Shown here one piece after another: positions 48,045 to 57,868 of a stretch of 64,000 bases of DNA. The notes beneath the pieces are model-generated. The model saw only the letters and a program-made list of their open reading frames with translations. It had not been told where the DNA came from and ran no database searches. Numbering within the stretch: position 1 is the stretch's first letter; the number at the start of each line of letters is the position of its first letter. Location of the stretch: positions 32,001-96,000 of the forward strand of contig JANNVQ010000041.1 of the NCBI GenBank assembly GCA_031414535.1, read 5' to 3'. This DNA comes from Gemmatimonas sp. (GTDB lineage: Bacteria; Gemmatimonadota; Gemmatimonadetes; Gemmatimonadales; Gemmatimonadaceae). The translations under genes were made by a program, and so were the position numbers.

Positions 48045-49822
48045 TGCTGACTTTTCACCCGAACGCGGTGCAGCAGCGTGGGCGCGTGGCCTCGGCGCTG
48101 TTGTTTTTGGTGTTCCTTTTCTTATTAGGGTCGTTCTTCCGTACGCAGGTGCTGTTGGGCGCGCGCTTTGTGTTGCAAGCGGAGACGAATCGTTTGCGGG
48201 AGGTGCCTTTGTCGGCACCACGCGGCATGATTCTCGATCGTACGGGAAAGGTGATTGCTGAAGATCTACCCGGCTTCGCCATCTCGCTGCTGGCGCGCAA
48301 TGAGGATACGCTGCGCGTGATGATGCGGCACATCGGCGAGGTCGTGCCGGTGAGCGCCGAGCAGATTGGTGCAGCGGTGCGTCGGTTTCGGCGAGAGCCG
48401 ATGCGGCCGACGGTGTTGTTTCCCGATGCGTCGTTCGAGCTTGTCTCCATCCTTGAAGAGCGGCGCACGGAGTATCCGGGTCTCATCATCCAGTCTTCGC
48501 CACGCCGGCACTATCCGGAGGGGCCGGCCGTCTCAGCGATTGTCGGCTATACGGGTGAGATTAGCGACGCGGAGTTGGAGACGGAGCGTTTTGCGGAGTA
48601 CAAGCCGGGCCAGCAGGTAGGCAAGGATGGCTTGGAACGCCAGTACGAGGATCGGCTGCGCGGACAGGAAGGTGCGCGCTTCATCGAGGTTGATGCGCGC
48701 GGCCGCGTGGTGCGTGATCAGGCTCGGCCGGATCTTGAACCGGAGCGTCCGCCTGCACTCTACACGAACATTGACTTAGACCTGCAACGATTTGTGTACG
48801 AGCTGTTCGGCGACTCGCTGATTGGTGGTGTGGTGGCAATGGAACCACGGAGCGGGGAGGTGCTCGCGTTGCATTCCGCACCGACCTTCGACCCCAACCG
48901 CTTCATCGGCGGGATTCCGTTTGACTACTGGCGGGATCTGCAAGAGGATCCGCGTCGGCCGCTGTACAACAAGGCCATCAAGGGCGCGTATCCGCCCGGT
49001 TCCATCTGGAAGCTGCACACCGCGATTATCGCGATGGAAGCAGGGCAGGTGCGCATTAACGAGCGGATGCAGGTGCCCTGCAATGGGGGATTTCTCTTCG
49101 GCAACCGCTACCAGCGCTGCTGGAAGCGCGAAGGACACGGCGACGTGACGCTGGCTCAGGCAATCGAGCAGTCCTGCGATACGTACTTTTATCAGCTTGG
49201 CCTTCGCATTGGCCTGCAGAATCTGGTGGCAGGCGGCCTGCGCCTGGGTTCGCGCGATCGCTCGGGCATTGATTTGCCGTCCGAGACACGCTCGGTGTTT
49301 CCGACCGATCCGCCAAAGGAGTATTACGATCGCCTGTTCGGTCCGCGCGGCTGGTCGAATGGCGTCGTGCTGAATCTGGCGATCGGCCAGGGCGAGAACT
49401 CGCAGACCGTGGCGAATATGGCACGCTTCTATACGGCATTGGCCACGGATGGTGAGGCCGCGCGTCCAGAGGTCGTGCGCGGTGAATCCGAGCGGACGCG
49501 GCTGTTCAACATCACGCCCGAGCAGCTGAAGCAACTGCAGGATGCGATGGCGGGCGTGCTCTCGCGTGGAACTGCCGCCGCATCGCAGCTCGAGGGCATC
49601 GCTATCGCGGGGAAGACGGGTACGGCGCAGAACGCGCAGGATCAGGTGCGAGACCACGCGTGGTTCGCGGGCTACGCACCGGCCGAGAATCCCAAAATCG
49701 TGATTGTCGTGATGCTGGAGTTCGGCGGCAGCGGCTCACGTGCGGCGCGGATGGCGTCGCGCATCTTCGAGCACTACCTCAAACAGCCCACCAGCTTCCA
49801 AGTCAGCACGGAGGAGCCGTGA
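48044..49822 (+). CDS. mrdA: Penicillin-binding protein 2
   Basis: APRGMILDR, GKDGLE, YPPGSIWK (SxxK), SCD, KTGTAQ. Confidence 0.94.
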   Translation: MLTFHPNAVQQRGRVASALLFLVFLFLLGSFFRTQVLLGARFVLQAETNRLREVPLSAPRGMILDRTGKVIAEDLPGFAISLLARNEDTLRVMMRHIGEVVPVSAEQIGAAVRRFRREPMRPTVLFPDASFELVSILEERRTEYPGLIIQSSPRRHYPEGPAVSAIVGYTGEISDAELETERFAEYKPGQQVGKDGLERQYEDRLRGQEGARFIEVDARGRVVRDQARPDLEPERPPALYTNIDLDLQRFVYELFGDSLIGGVVAMEPRSGEVLALHSAPTFDPNRFIGGIPFDYWRDLQEDPRRPLYNKAIKGAYPPGSIWKLHTAIIAMEAGQVRINERMQVPCNGGFLFGNRYQRCWKREGHGDVTLAQAIEQSCDTYFYQLGLRIGLQNLVAGGLRLGSRDRSGIDLPSETRSVFPTDPPKEYYDRLFGPRGWSNGVVLNLAIGQGENSQTVANMARFYTALATDGEAARPEVVRGESERTRLFNITPEQLKQLQDAMAGVLSRGTAAASQLEGIAIAGKTGTAQNAQDQVRDHAWFAGYAPAENPKIVIVVMLEFGGSGSRAARMASRIFEHYLKQPTSFQVSTEEP

Positions 49823-51069
49823 GTCAGCGGGTGGTTCCCACGGAATGGCCGCTCGTCGCGCTCGCGCTGACGCTCACGGGCATTGGCGCGCTGATGGTGT
49901 ATTCAGCAGGCCAGACGGACGTGCCGAACTTCGTAGTCAATTTGTGGAAGACGCAGCTGGTGTGGGCGGTGCTGGGAGTGGGCGCGGCCTTCACGGTGAC
50001 GCGAATCTCGGTGCGGTTCCTGGAGTGGGCGTCCTTGCCGGTGTACTTGGGCGCGACCTTCCTCCTGTTTCTGCTCCTCTTCATCGGTGAAGGTGCGGGC
50101 ACCGCGGCAAGTACCAAGAGTTGGTTGGCGATTGGTGGTGTGCGCCTCGGACAGCCTTCCGAGCTGGCAAAGATTGCGGTGGTGCTGATGCTCGCGCGCG
50201 TACTTTCGTCCGAGCGTGAGTCGGCGAAGGGTCTGATGGATCTCTGGCGTCCGGCACTCGTGGCGGGCATTCCGTGGCTGCTGATTATGGCGCAGCCAGA
50301 CTTGGGCACAGGCCTCGTGTTCATCGGCATCTTCTTCGCGATGCTGTTTTGGAGCGGTGTGCAGTGGCCGCTGCTCGTGATGGCCGCGAGTCCGGGCATT
50401 TCCCTGGTATTGGCCTTTGGTCCCGGCGTGTGGGGCGCGTGGTTCATCCTCCTCTGCGCGCTGCTCGCGTGGAAGCGCCCGGCGTGGATTGAGAGCGCGG
50501 CCCTCATCCTCGCCAATGTCGCGATGGGCGTAGTCGCGCCAATCCTTTGGGACAAGCTCAATCCCTATCAGCAGCGCCGCCTGCTCGTGTTTCTCGATCC
50601 CTCGGCCGACCCGCGAAACTCGGGCTACCATCTGATTCAATCGCAGGTGGCCATTGGGTCGGGTGGGTTTTTCGGAAAGGGATTCACGATTGGCTCACAG
50701 AAACGGCTCGCTTTCCTTCCCGAGCAGGAAACGGACTTCATCTTCGCGGTGGTCGGCGAGGAGTTCGGGTTCGTGGGTGTGGCGGTTATTCTCGTGCTTT
50801 TCTGCGTCCTTCTCCTACGAACCACGCGCATTGCGGCCCGCTCGGGGAACCCTTTCGCCTCGTTGGTCGCCTTCGGGCTGACCGCAGCCTTCTTCACCCA
50901 CATCTTGGTGAACGTGGGAATGACCATCGGGCTGATGCCCATCACGGGCATCCCGCTGCCGTTCTTCTCCTACGGCGGCTCCTTCATGCTGACCTGCTGG
51001 CTCAGCATCGGCATCCTGGCGCTCGTGTCGGCGGAAGGCCGCGGAAAGGCCGACGGACTAGTGATTTAG
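49819..51069 (+). CDS. rodA: SEDS glycosyltransferase RodA
   Basis: QPSELAK, QPDLGT, GYHLIQSQVAIGSGG, PEQETDFIF, PITGIPLPFFSYGGS. Confidence 0.95.
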   Translation: MSQRVVPTEWPLVALALTLTGIGALMVYSAGQTDVPNFVVNLWKTQLVWAVLGVGAAFTVTRISVRFLEWASLPVYLGATFLLFLLLFIGEGAGTAASTKSWLAIGGVRLGQPSELAKIAVVLMLARVLSSERESAKGLMDLWRPALVAGIPWLLIMAQPDLGTGLVFIGIFFAMLFWSGVQWPLLVMAASPGISLVLAFGPGVWGAWFILLCALLAWKRPAWIESAALILANVAMGVVAPILWDKLNPYQQRRLLVFLDPSADPRNSGYHLIQSQVAIGSGGFFGKGFTIGSQKRLAFLPEQETDFIFAVVGEEFGFVGVAVILVLFCVLLLRTTRIAARSGNPFASLVAFGLTAAFFTHILVNVGMTIGLMPITGIPLPFFSYGGSFMLTCWLSIGILALVSAEGRGKADGLVI

Positions 51070-51093
51070 GTCACGGCGAGCCAATTTTCCCGT

Positions 51094-51957
51094 ATGGCCT
51101 GGTTCCGCAAGGATAAGAAGCCCCGTCCGCCCCGCGTCACGCGCCTGGAGATTCCTCCGGACGCGTGGGAAAAGTGCGAGAGTTGTGGGCATACCGATAT
51201 TCGCGAGAAGTTCGCACGCAATCACAACGTTTGCCCGAGCTGTGACCATCATCGGCGCATCCGGGCCCACGAGTACGCCGCGTTGCTCCTCGACGAGGGC
51301 ACGCTCGACGAAAAGGACGTGGAACTGGCGAGCGTGGATCCGCTGGAGTTTCCGGAGTACAAGGGCCGCCTCAAGAAGGCGCTCGACAAGGCTGGTGAGC
51401 ACGACGCGATCCTCACCGTGGGCGGGACCATGGACACTATGCCCGTGCACTTGGGCGTGATGGACTTCGCGTTCATGGGTGGCTCGATGGGCTCCGTGGT
51501 GGGCGAGAAGATTGCGCGCCTCGGTCAACGCTCCCTCGAGAAGAAGTGGCCGCTGATTTTGATTTCGGCATCGGGCGGCGCGCGCATGCAGGAAGGCGTG
51601 CTCTCGCTGATGCAGATGGCCAAGACCTCCGCGATGCTTGCCCAGTTGGCCGAACGTCGTATCCCGTACGTCAGCATCCTGACGAATCCGACCACTGGCG
51701 GCGTGAGCGCGAGCTACGCCATGCTGGGCGACGCCATCATCGCCGAACCCGGCGCCGTGATTGGCTTTGCCGGCCCTCGCGTGATTAAGCAGACGCTCGG
51801 GCAAGATTTGCCCGAGGGCTTCCAAACGGCGGAGTTCCTCTTGACCCACGGCATGGTGGATCAGGTGGTGCATCGCCACCAGTTGAAGCGCGTCGTCGGG
51901 ACGTTGCTGCGCCATATGAGTGGCAAGCCCGCCGCGACAGGGTGGACGTCCGCCTGA
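51094..51957 (+). CDS. accD: Acetyl-CoA carboxylase carboxyltransferase beta subunit
   Basis: WEKCESC...CPSC zinc finger, FMGGSMG, SGGARMQEG, PTTGGVSAS, FAGPRVI. Confidence 0.96.
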   Translation: MAWFRKDKKPRPPRVTRLEIPPDAWEKCESCGHTDIREKFARNHNVCPSCDHHRRIRAHEYAALLLDEGTLDEKDVELASVDPLEFPEYKGRLKKALDKAGEHDAILTVGGTMDTMPVHLGVMDFAFMGGSMGSVVGEKIARLGQRSLEKKWPLILISASGGARMQEGVLSLMQMAKTSAMLAQLAERRIPYVSILTNPTTGGVSASYAMLGDAIIAEPGAVIGFAGPRVIKQTLGQDLPEGFQTAEFLLTHGMVDQVVHRHQLKRVVGTLLRHMSGKPAATGWTSA

Positions 51958-53237
51958 GAGACGGTGCGTACCGCGCGGCGCTCGATGCGCTGTTTGCGCG
52001 CACGACGGGGCAATGGAAGCTGGGGCTCGAACGAGTCACCGGCTTCTTGGCCGAAATGGGCGACCCACATCGTGACCTTCAGGTGCTGCACGTGGCAGGC
52101 ACCAACGGGAAGGGTTCGGTCTGTGCGCTGCTTGAGGGGGCTCTCCGCGCGCGTGGCTTAAAGGTCGGTAAGTACACCTCGCCGCACCTGGTGAACTTCA
52201 GTGAGCGCTTCGTGGTGGACGGCCATCCGCTTGCGGATGAGACCATCGCCGCTTGGCTGGAGCGCTGGACGCCCGCTGTAGAACGCCACGGCGCCACGTT
52301 TTTTGAAGCCACCACGGCCATGGGTTTTCAGCTCTTTCGCGACGCCGGTGTGGATGTGGCGGTGATCGAGACTGGACTGGGCGGGCGTTTGGACGCCACG
52401 AACGTAGTCCATCCGTTGGTAGCCGGGGTTTCGGGCATTGGGGTGGACCACACGGAGTGGTTAGGGACCACGCGCGAGGCGATTGCTCCCGAGAAGGCGG
52501 GCATTTTTAAGGCTGGGGCGCCCGCGGTGATTGGCGAGCCCGATTTGAGTATCCGCAGCATTCTTCTCTCCGAGGCGGTACGGCGCGGTGCCTCGCCCAC
52601 GCGTGTGGTGGCCGACGAAGGCCGGGCCGAGGAAGTGGCGGTGAGTGCGGCGGGGACGCGCTTCACGTGGGTGCGGCCCAAGGGCAGGCTTGAGGTCTCG
52701 ACGGGCTTAGCGGGCCGCCACCAGGCCCAGAACGCGCTCACGGCGCTGACCATGCTTGACTCCTTACCTCCCGAACTCTGGCGACCCAGCGCCGAGGATG
52801 TGCTGGCCTTTCGCTCGGTGCGCTTGCCTGGTCGTTTCTCGCGGCACGGCGCGTGGATTTTTGACGTGGCCCACAACCCCGACGGGTCCGCCGTGACGGC
52901 CCTGACCCTGCGTGGCATGGCCGTGGCGCGCCCGGTGGTGGCCCTCATGAGCGTGCTTGGTGACAAGGACTGGCGGGGCATGCTTTCGGCACTGAGCGGG
53001 GAGGTGGACCACTTCGTCCTCACCGACGCGCCTACCGCTCCATCCAGCCGTTCTTGGGACAGCGCTGAGGTGCTCGCGTACGTGAAATCGAGAGGCTGGA
53101 GCGCCGAATTGCAGCCGGATTTTGATCGAGCGCTGGCGGTTGCGCCGGAGCGTGGTGCCACGGTGCTGGTGACGGGGAGTTTTCACACTGTCGGCGACGC
53201 GATGGCGCGGTTGCAGGTGTCTCCGACGACCGCGTAA
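51942..53237 (+). CDS. folC: Folylpolyglutamate/dihydrofolate synthase
   Basis: HVAGTNGKGS, YTSPHL, ETGLGGRLDATN, DVAHN, GSF. Confidence 0.95.
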   Translation: MDVRLRDGAYRAALDALFARTTGQWKLGLERVTGFLAEMGDPHRDLQVLHVAGTNGKGSVCALLEGALRARGLKVGKYTSPHLVNFSERFVVDGHPLADETIAAWLERWTPAVERHGATFFEATTAMGFQLFRDAGVDVAVIETGLGGRLDATNVVHPLVAGVSGIGVDHTEWLGTTREAIAPEKAGIFKAGAPAVIGEPDLSIRSILLSEAVRRGASPTRVVADEGRAEEVAVSAAGTRFTWVRPKGRLEVSTGLAGRHQAQNALTALTMLDSLPPELWRPSAEDVLAFRSVRLPGRFSRHGAWIFDVAHNPDGSAVTALTLRGMAVARPVVALMSVLGDKDWRGMLSALSGEVDHFVLTDAPTAPSSRSWDSAEVLAYVKSRGWSAELQPDFDRALAVAPERGATVLVTGSFHTVGDAMARLQVSPTTA

Positions 53238-53240
53238 ATT
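53211..53240 (+). promoter_or_regulatory. Possible promoter for a leaderless hisS transcript
   Basis: TTGCAG-N18-TAAATT-N5-ATG; no SD. Confidence 0.45.
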
Positions 53241-53245
53241 GCTGG

Positions 53246-54604
53246 ATGGCAAGCGCTGCATTACCAGGTTTCCGCGATTTCTACCCTGAGGAGCTTTCCC
53301 GCCGCGCCCACATCTTTGGCGCTTGGCGGAACGTGGCGCGCAGGTACGCCTTCGTCGAGTACGATGGGCCGCCCCTAGAGCCGCTCGATCTGTACACCAA
53401 GAAGTCGGGTGACGAAATTGTCGGTCAACTCTACAACTTCACGGATAAGGGTGGCCGCGAGGTGTCGTTGCGCCCCGAGATGACGCCGACGTTTGCGCGC
53501 ATGGTTGGCGCAAAGGCAAGCGCGATTCGGAAGCCCGTACGTTGGTTCTCCGTGCCGCAGCTCTTCCGCTACGAGCGGGCCCAGCGCGGACGTTTGCGCG
53601 AGCACTATCAGCTGAACGTGGACATCGTCGGCGAGGCGAGCGAAGTCGCCGATGCTGAACTGCTCTGTGTAGCTGTGGACATCATGCGGGAGCTCGGGCT
53701 CACGCATGAGGATGTGCGGGCGCGCGTGAGTGACCGTCGCCTGCTGAGTGGTGTGCTTGAGGCGCTTGGCGTGAGCGCCGAGCAGCGCCCAACGGTCTTT
53801 AGCGTATTCGACAAGATTGCGCGTCAGCCGCGCGAGGTGAGCACGCAGAAGCTCTCGGCCGCGGGCCTCGAGGCGCCGACGATCGAGCGCGTTCTTGGCC
53901 TTGCCTCCGGAACGACGTTCGCCGATTTGCAGCGCGAGTTTGGGGAGGTGGCTGCCGCCAAGGAATCCATCGCGCGCTTTGCGAAGTATCTCGAGCACTG
54001 TGCGTCACTGGGCATTGGCCCTTGGGTCACGCTCGACCTCTCGATTGTGCGCGGGCTCGCGTACTACACGGGCGTCGTGTTCGAACTGTTCGACGCCAAG
54101 GGTGAACTGCGCGCCATCTGCGGTGGTGGTCGCTATGACGATCTGCTCAAGGCCATCGGTGGCGCGGATATGCCGGCGCTCGGATTCGGCATGGGCGATG
54201 TGGTGCTTGGCGAGTTGCTCACGGAACGCGGCCTGTGGCCCGAGCCGCAGCAAGACGCCGTGGATTTCACCATTGTCGCTGGCAATGGTGCAATCAACCG
54301 ACCCTATGGTGATGTGCTCAAGCTTGCGCGCACGTTGCGCGATGCGGGCTTCTCGGTGGCGCATGGACTCAACGAGGAGCGCTACAAGTCTCAGGCGACG
54401 CGCAATCAGGTGGACGGCGCGCGCAAGGCGGGATCAAGCGCGGTGATTTACTTCCGCGAGGATGGAGCCGTGGAGGCCATGAGCCTTCTCGGCAAGATGA
54501 CGGGGGCCGCGACGCACGCGGTGGACGCTCTGGCGGCGCTTTCGGGCGACGCACAGGCGATGCAGGCGCTGCGGCTTTGGCTGCAGACGCAGCGTGGACG
54601 CTAG
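53246..54604 (+). CDS. hisS: Histidine--tRNA ligase
   Basis: PGFRDFYP, LRPEMTP, FRYERAQRGRLREHYQ, VRGLAYYTG, GGGRYD, GFGMGD. Confidence 0.95.
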   Translation: MASAALPGFRDFYPEELSRRAHIFGAWRNVARRYAFVEYDGPPLEPLDLYTKKSGDEIVGQLYNFTDKGGREVSLRPEMTPTFARMVGAKASAIRKPVRWFSVPQLFRYERAQRGRLREHYQLNVDIVGEASEVADAELLCVAVDIMRELGLTHEDVRARVSDRRLLSGVLEALGVSAEQRPTVFSVFDKIARQPREVSTQKLSAAGLEAPTIERVLGLASGTTFADLQREFGEVAAAKESIARFAKYLEHCASLGIGPWVTLDLSIVRGLAYYTGVVFELFDAKGELRAICGGGRYDDLLKAIGGADMPALGFGMGDVVLGELLTERGLWPEPQQDAVDFTIVAGNGAINRPYGDVLKLARTLRDAGFSVAHGLNEERYKSQATRNQVDGARKAGSSAVIYFREDGAVEAMSLLGKMTGAATHAVDALAALSGDAQAMQALRLWLQTQRGR

Positions 54605-54612
54605 GATGACTG

Positions 54613-56085
54613 ATGGCTGACGATAAGAAGCTTCCGACGCGAGCGGAGAACTTCTCCGACTGGTACAACGAACTCGTCCTTAGGGCTGAGCTAGCTGACT
54701 ATTCGCCCGTGAAGGGCTCAATGGTCATTCGCCCCAACGGCTACGGCATCTGGGAGCGTATGCAGCGCGCGCTCGATGACATGTTCAAGGCGACGGGGCA
54801 TGTGAACGCCTACTTCCCTCTCTTCATCCCGCAGAGCTTCCTGAGCAAGGAAGCGCAGCACGTGGAGGGCTTCGCGCCTGAAACGGCGGTGGTTACGCAC
54901 GGCGGTGGCAAGCTGCTCGAGGAGCCGCTGGTCGTGCGGCCCACTTCCGAGACCATCATCTACCACATGTTCGCGAAGTGGACGCAGAGCTATCGCGACC
55001 TGCCCATCCTGATGAATCAGTGGGCGAATGTGGTGCGCTGGGAAATGCGCACGCGCTTGTTCCTGCGGACGCTGGAGTTTCTCTGGCAGGAGGGCCACAC
55101 CGCGCACGCCACGCATGATGAGGCTGAGGAAGAGGCGCGCAAGATGCTGGGCGTGTACCGCGAATTTATGGAAGGCTGGATCGCGATGCCGGTGGTGACC
55201 GGGCAGAAGACCGAGAGCGAAAAGTTTGCCGGTGCGCTGCGCACGTATTCGTGCGAAGCGATGATGCAGGACAACAAGGCGCTGCAGGCGGGCACCTCGC
55301 ACAACCTGGGGCAGAATTTCGCGAAGGCCTTCGAGCTCAAGTTTCAGGACCAGAACGGCGAGATGGCCTTTGCATGGAACACGTCTTGGGGTGTATCCAC
55401 ACGTATGGTCGGCGGCTTGGTGATGACGCACTCGGACGATAACGGGCTCGTGACGCCACCACGCCTGGCGCCAATCGAAGTCGTGATTGTTCCTGTCTAC
55501 AAGACGGACGAGGAGCGCACGCGGATGGTGGAAGCCGCGCACACGGTGAAGGACGAACTCACGGCGTGGACTGGGCGCGGCGCCAGCGACACGCTGCGCG
55601 TGAAGGTTGACGACCGCGACGGCGTAAAGCCTGGCGCCAAGTACTACGAATGGGAATTACGCGGCGTCCCGTTGCGTCTAGAGATTGGGCCGAAGGATTT
55701 AGAAAAACAGTCCGTATTCTCGGCGCGTCGAGACACGCGCGCGAAGGCCGCCCTCCCGATGGCAGGATTGCCGGCAAGCGTTGCGGCCCTGCTGGAGACG
55801 ATGCAGAACGATCTGCTTGCCGCCGCCAAGGCGCGTCGCGAAGCCAATTCGCATCGTTCGGTGAAGAGCTACGACGAATTCAAGCAGATTATTGAAGGTC
55901 CGGGCGGCTTCGTGTACGCCGGGTGGAACGGCGATCCGGCCATTGAGGCCAAGGTGAAGGAAGAGACAAAGGCCACTATCCGCTGCATTCCTGATCCGGA
56001 GTTCCGCACGCCGGGCGGGCAGGCCACCTGTCTTGTCACGGGCGAGCCGGCCAAGCATGAGGTTGTGTGGGCCAAGGCGTACTGA
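54613..56085 (+). CDS. proS: Proline--tRNA ligase, archaeal/eukaryal type
   Basis: HVEGFAPE, RPTSE, QWANVVRWE, EFLWQEGHT, QAGTSH, SWGVSTR; C-terminal AKAY; no INS editing domain. Confidence 0.96.
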   Translation: MADDKKLPTRAENFSDWYNELVLRAELADYSPVKGSMVIRPNGYGIWERMQRALDDMFKATGHVNAYFPLFIPQSFLSKEAQHVEGFAPETAVVTHGGGKLLEEPLVVRPTSETIIYHMFAKWTQSYRDLPILMNQWANVVRWEMRTRLFLRTLEFLWQEGHTAHATHDEAEEEARKMLGVYREFMEGWIAMPVVTGQKTESEKFAGALRTYSCEAMMQDNKALQAGTSHNLGQNFAKAFELKFQDQNGEMAFAWNTSWGVSTRMVGGLVMTHSDDNGLVTPPRLAPIEVVIVPVYKTDEERTRMVEAAHTVKDELTAWTGRGASDTLRVKVDDRDGVKPGAKYYEWELRGVPLRLEIGPKDLEKQSVFSARRDTRAKAALPMAGLPASVAALLETMQNDLLAAAKARREANSHRSVKSYDEFKQIIEGPGGFVYAGWNGDPAIEAKVKEETKATIRCIPDPEFRTPGGQATCLVTGEPAKHEVVWAKAY

Positions 56086-57359
56086 TGGTTGAGGGCTTCG
56101 CGCGCCACGACGGCGAGCTGTACGCTGAGGACGTGCCGCTCAAGCGTATTGCCGAGGCAGTGGGCACGCCGGCGTACGTGTATAGCGCGGCCACCATTCG
56201 TGAGCGCGTGCGACGCCTCGAGGTGGCGCTCGAGGGTATTCCGCACCGCGTGCACTATGCGGCAAAAGCCAACTCAAGTGGTGCTGTGCTGCGTGAGTTG
56301 CGCGATTGCGGCGTGGCGGTAGATGTGGTGAGCGGGGGCGAACTGTTCAAGTCCATTCGCGCCGGATTCCGTCCGGAAACCGACATCATCTTCGGCGGGG
56401 TGGGTAAGACCATACGCGAAATCGCCGAAGCGGTGGGAGTGGGCGTGAAGCTCATCAACGTGGAGAGCGAAGCCGAGCTGCGGCTCGTCTCCGAGTGGGC
56501 AGTGGAGCTCAAACAGCCGGCGCGCGTGGGGATTCGCGTGAATCCGGAAGTTGAGGTCGAGACGGCCCACGAGTACATCGCGACCGGCGACAAGGAGCAC
56601 AAGTTCGGCGTGCCGCTGGACGATGCCCTGCGCGTGGCCCGTTTGGCGATGACTCTGCCGAGCGTTTCTCTTGTGGGCCTGCAGATGCACGTCGGCTCGC
56701 AACTGTACTCGTATGCGGCGTACCGCGACGGGGCCGAGAAGCTGGTGGCGCTCTCCAAGACGCTGCGCAATGAAGGCGCGACGATTCGCTATTTAGACCT
56801 TGGTGGTGGGCTGCCGGTCCCCTATGCGCCCACTGAAGGCGAGCCTGACCTCGCGGCATATGGTGCCGTGATGCGTGCCGCCGCCGAATCGCTCGGTGAT
56901 GTGGAGCTCTTGGTAGAGCACGGTCGCTATTTGATTGGCGCCTCTGCCGTGCTTGTCACCGAGGTTCTGTACCGCAAGCACAATGGAGGCACGAACTTTG
57001 TCATCTGCGATGCCGGCATGACGGAGTTGATTCGCCCCTCGCACTATGACGCGTATCATCACGTGGAGCCGGTGGGCCAGGTTGCCGGCCACATTACAGC
57101 TGACGTGGTGGGGCCGGTGTGCGAGAGCGGGGATTTCATTGCGGTGGCACGCACGCTCGCCGACGTGCAGCCGGGAGACTTACTCGCGGTGCACACGGTT
57201 GGCGCGTATGGTTCGGCTATGGCCTCGCGGTACAATGCACGCGGGTTCGCGGCGGAAGTGATGGTCGATGGCAATCGCTGGGCCGTAGTGACAGCGCCTG
57301 AGGACTACACGGATCTCGTGCGGCAGGATGTGGTTTCCCCCGACTGGCAGGAGTGCTGA
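56085..57359 (+). CDS. lysA: Diaminopimelate decarboxylase
   Basis: GTPAYVYS, YAAKAN, DVVSGGE, KFG, HVGSQ, DLGGG, VGPVCESGD, GAYG. Confidence 0.95.
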   Translation: MVEGFARHDGELYAEDVPLKRIAEAVGTPAYVYSAATIRERVRRLEVALEGIPHRVHYAAKANSSGAVLRELRDCGVAVDVVSGGELFKSIRAGFRPETDIIFGGVGKTIREIAEAVGVGVKLINVESEAELRLVSEWAVELKQPARVGIRVNPEVEVETAHEYIATGDKEHKFGVPLDDALRVARLAMTLPSVSLVGLQMHVGSQLYSYAAYRDGAEKLVALSKTLRNEGATIRYLDLGGGLPVPYAPTEGEPDLAAYGAVMRAAAESLGDVELLVEHGRYLIGASAVLVTEVLYRKHNGGTNFVICDAGMTELIRPSHYDAYHHVEPVGQVAGHITADVVGPVCESGDFIAVARTLADVQPGDLLAVHTVGAYGSAMASRYNARGFAAEVMVDGNRWAVVTAPEDYTDLVRQDVVSPDWQEC

Positions 57360-57868
57360 TGCGTATTGGATTGATGTCGGACACGCACGACCGAGTCCCG
57401 GCGATTGATGCCTTGCTGCGCGAGATGCTGGCGCGTGGCGTGAACTTCGTATTGCACGCAGGGGACTTTTGCTCTCCCTTTTCGCTGAAGCCCTTTCAAG
57501 ATCACAACATTGCAATGGCCGGTGTATTTGGCCGCAATGATGGTGACCATGAGGGGCTGATGTCCGCCGCGGCTCAGGGCGTGGGGCAGGAACTCTTTGA
57601 GTCTCCGCACGGCATGACCATGCTGGAGAGCAAGATTCTCATTGTGCATGACATCGGCGAAGTGGTGGAGCGCTCTGTCCTCGCGCATCGGATTGTGGTG
57701 CACGGGCACACCCACCTGCAGGAAATGAAGACGCGCAATGACACCCTGATTGTGAACCCGGGCGAGGCTTGCGGCTGGCTTTACGGCGCACCGTCGGCGG
57801 CGATTCTCGACATTGATACCAAGCAGGTCGAGTTCGTCAAGCTTGATGGCCCGGAGTGGACGAAGTGA
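57353..57868 (+). CDS. Metallophosphoesterase, YfcE/MJ0936 family
   Basis: SDTHD, HAGD, GRND, HGHTH, NPG; start may be 57359. Confidence 0.88.
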   Translation: MLMRIGLMSDTHDRVPAIDALLREMLARGVNFVLHAGDFCSPFSLKPFQDHNIAMAGVFGRNDGDHEGLMSAAAQGVGQELFESPHGMTMLESKILIVHDIGEVVERSVLAHRIVVHGHTHLQEMKTRNDTLIVNPGEACGWLYGAPSAAILDIDTKQVEFVKLDGPEWTK

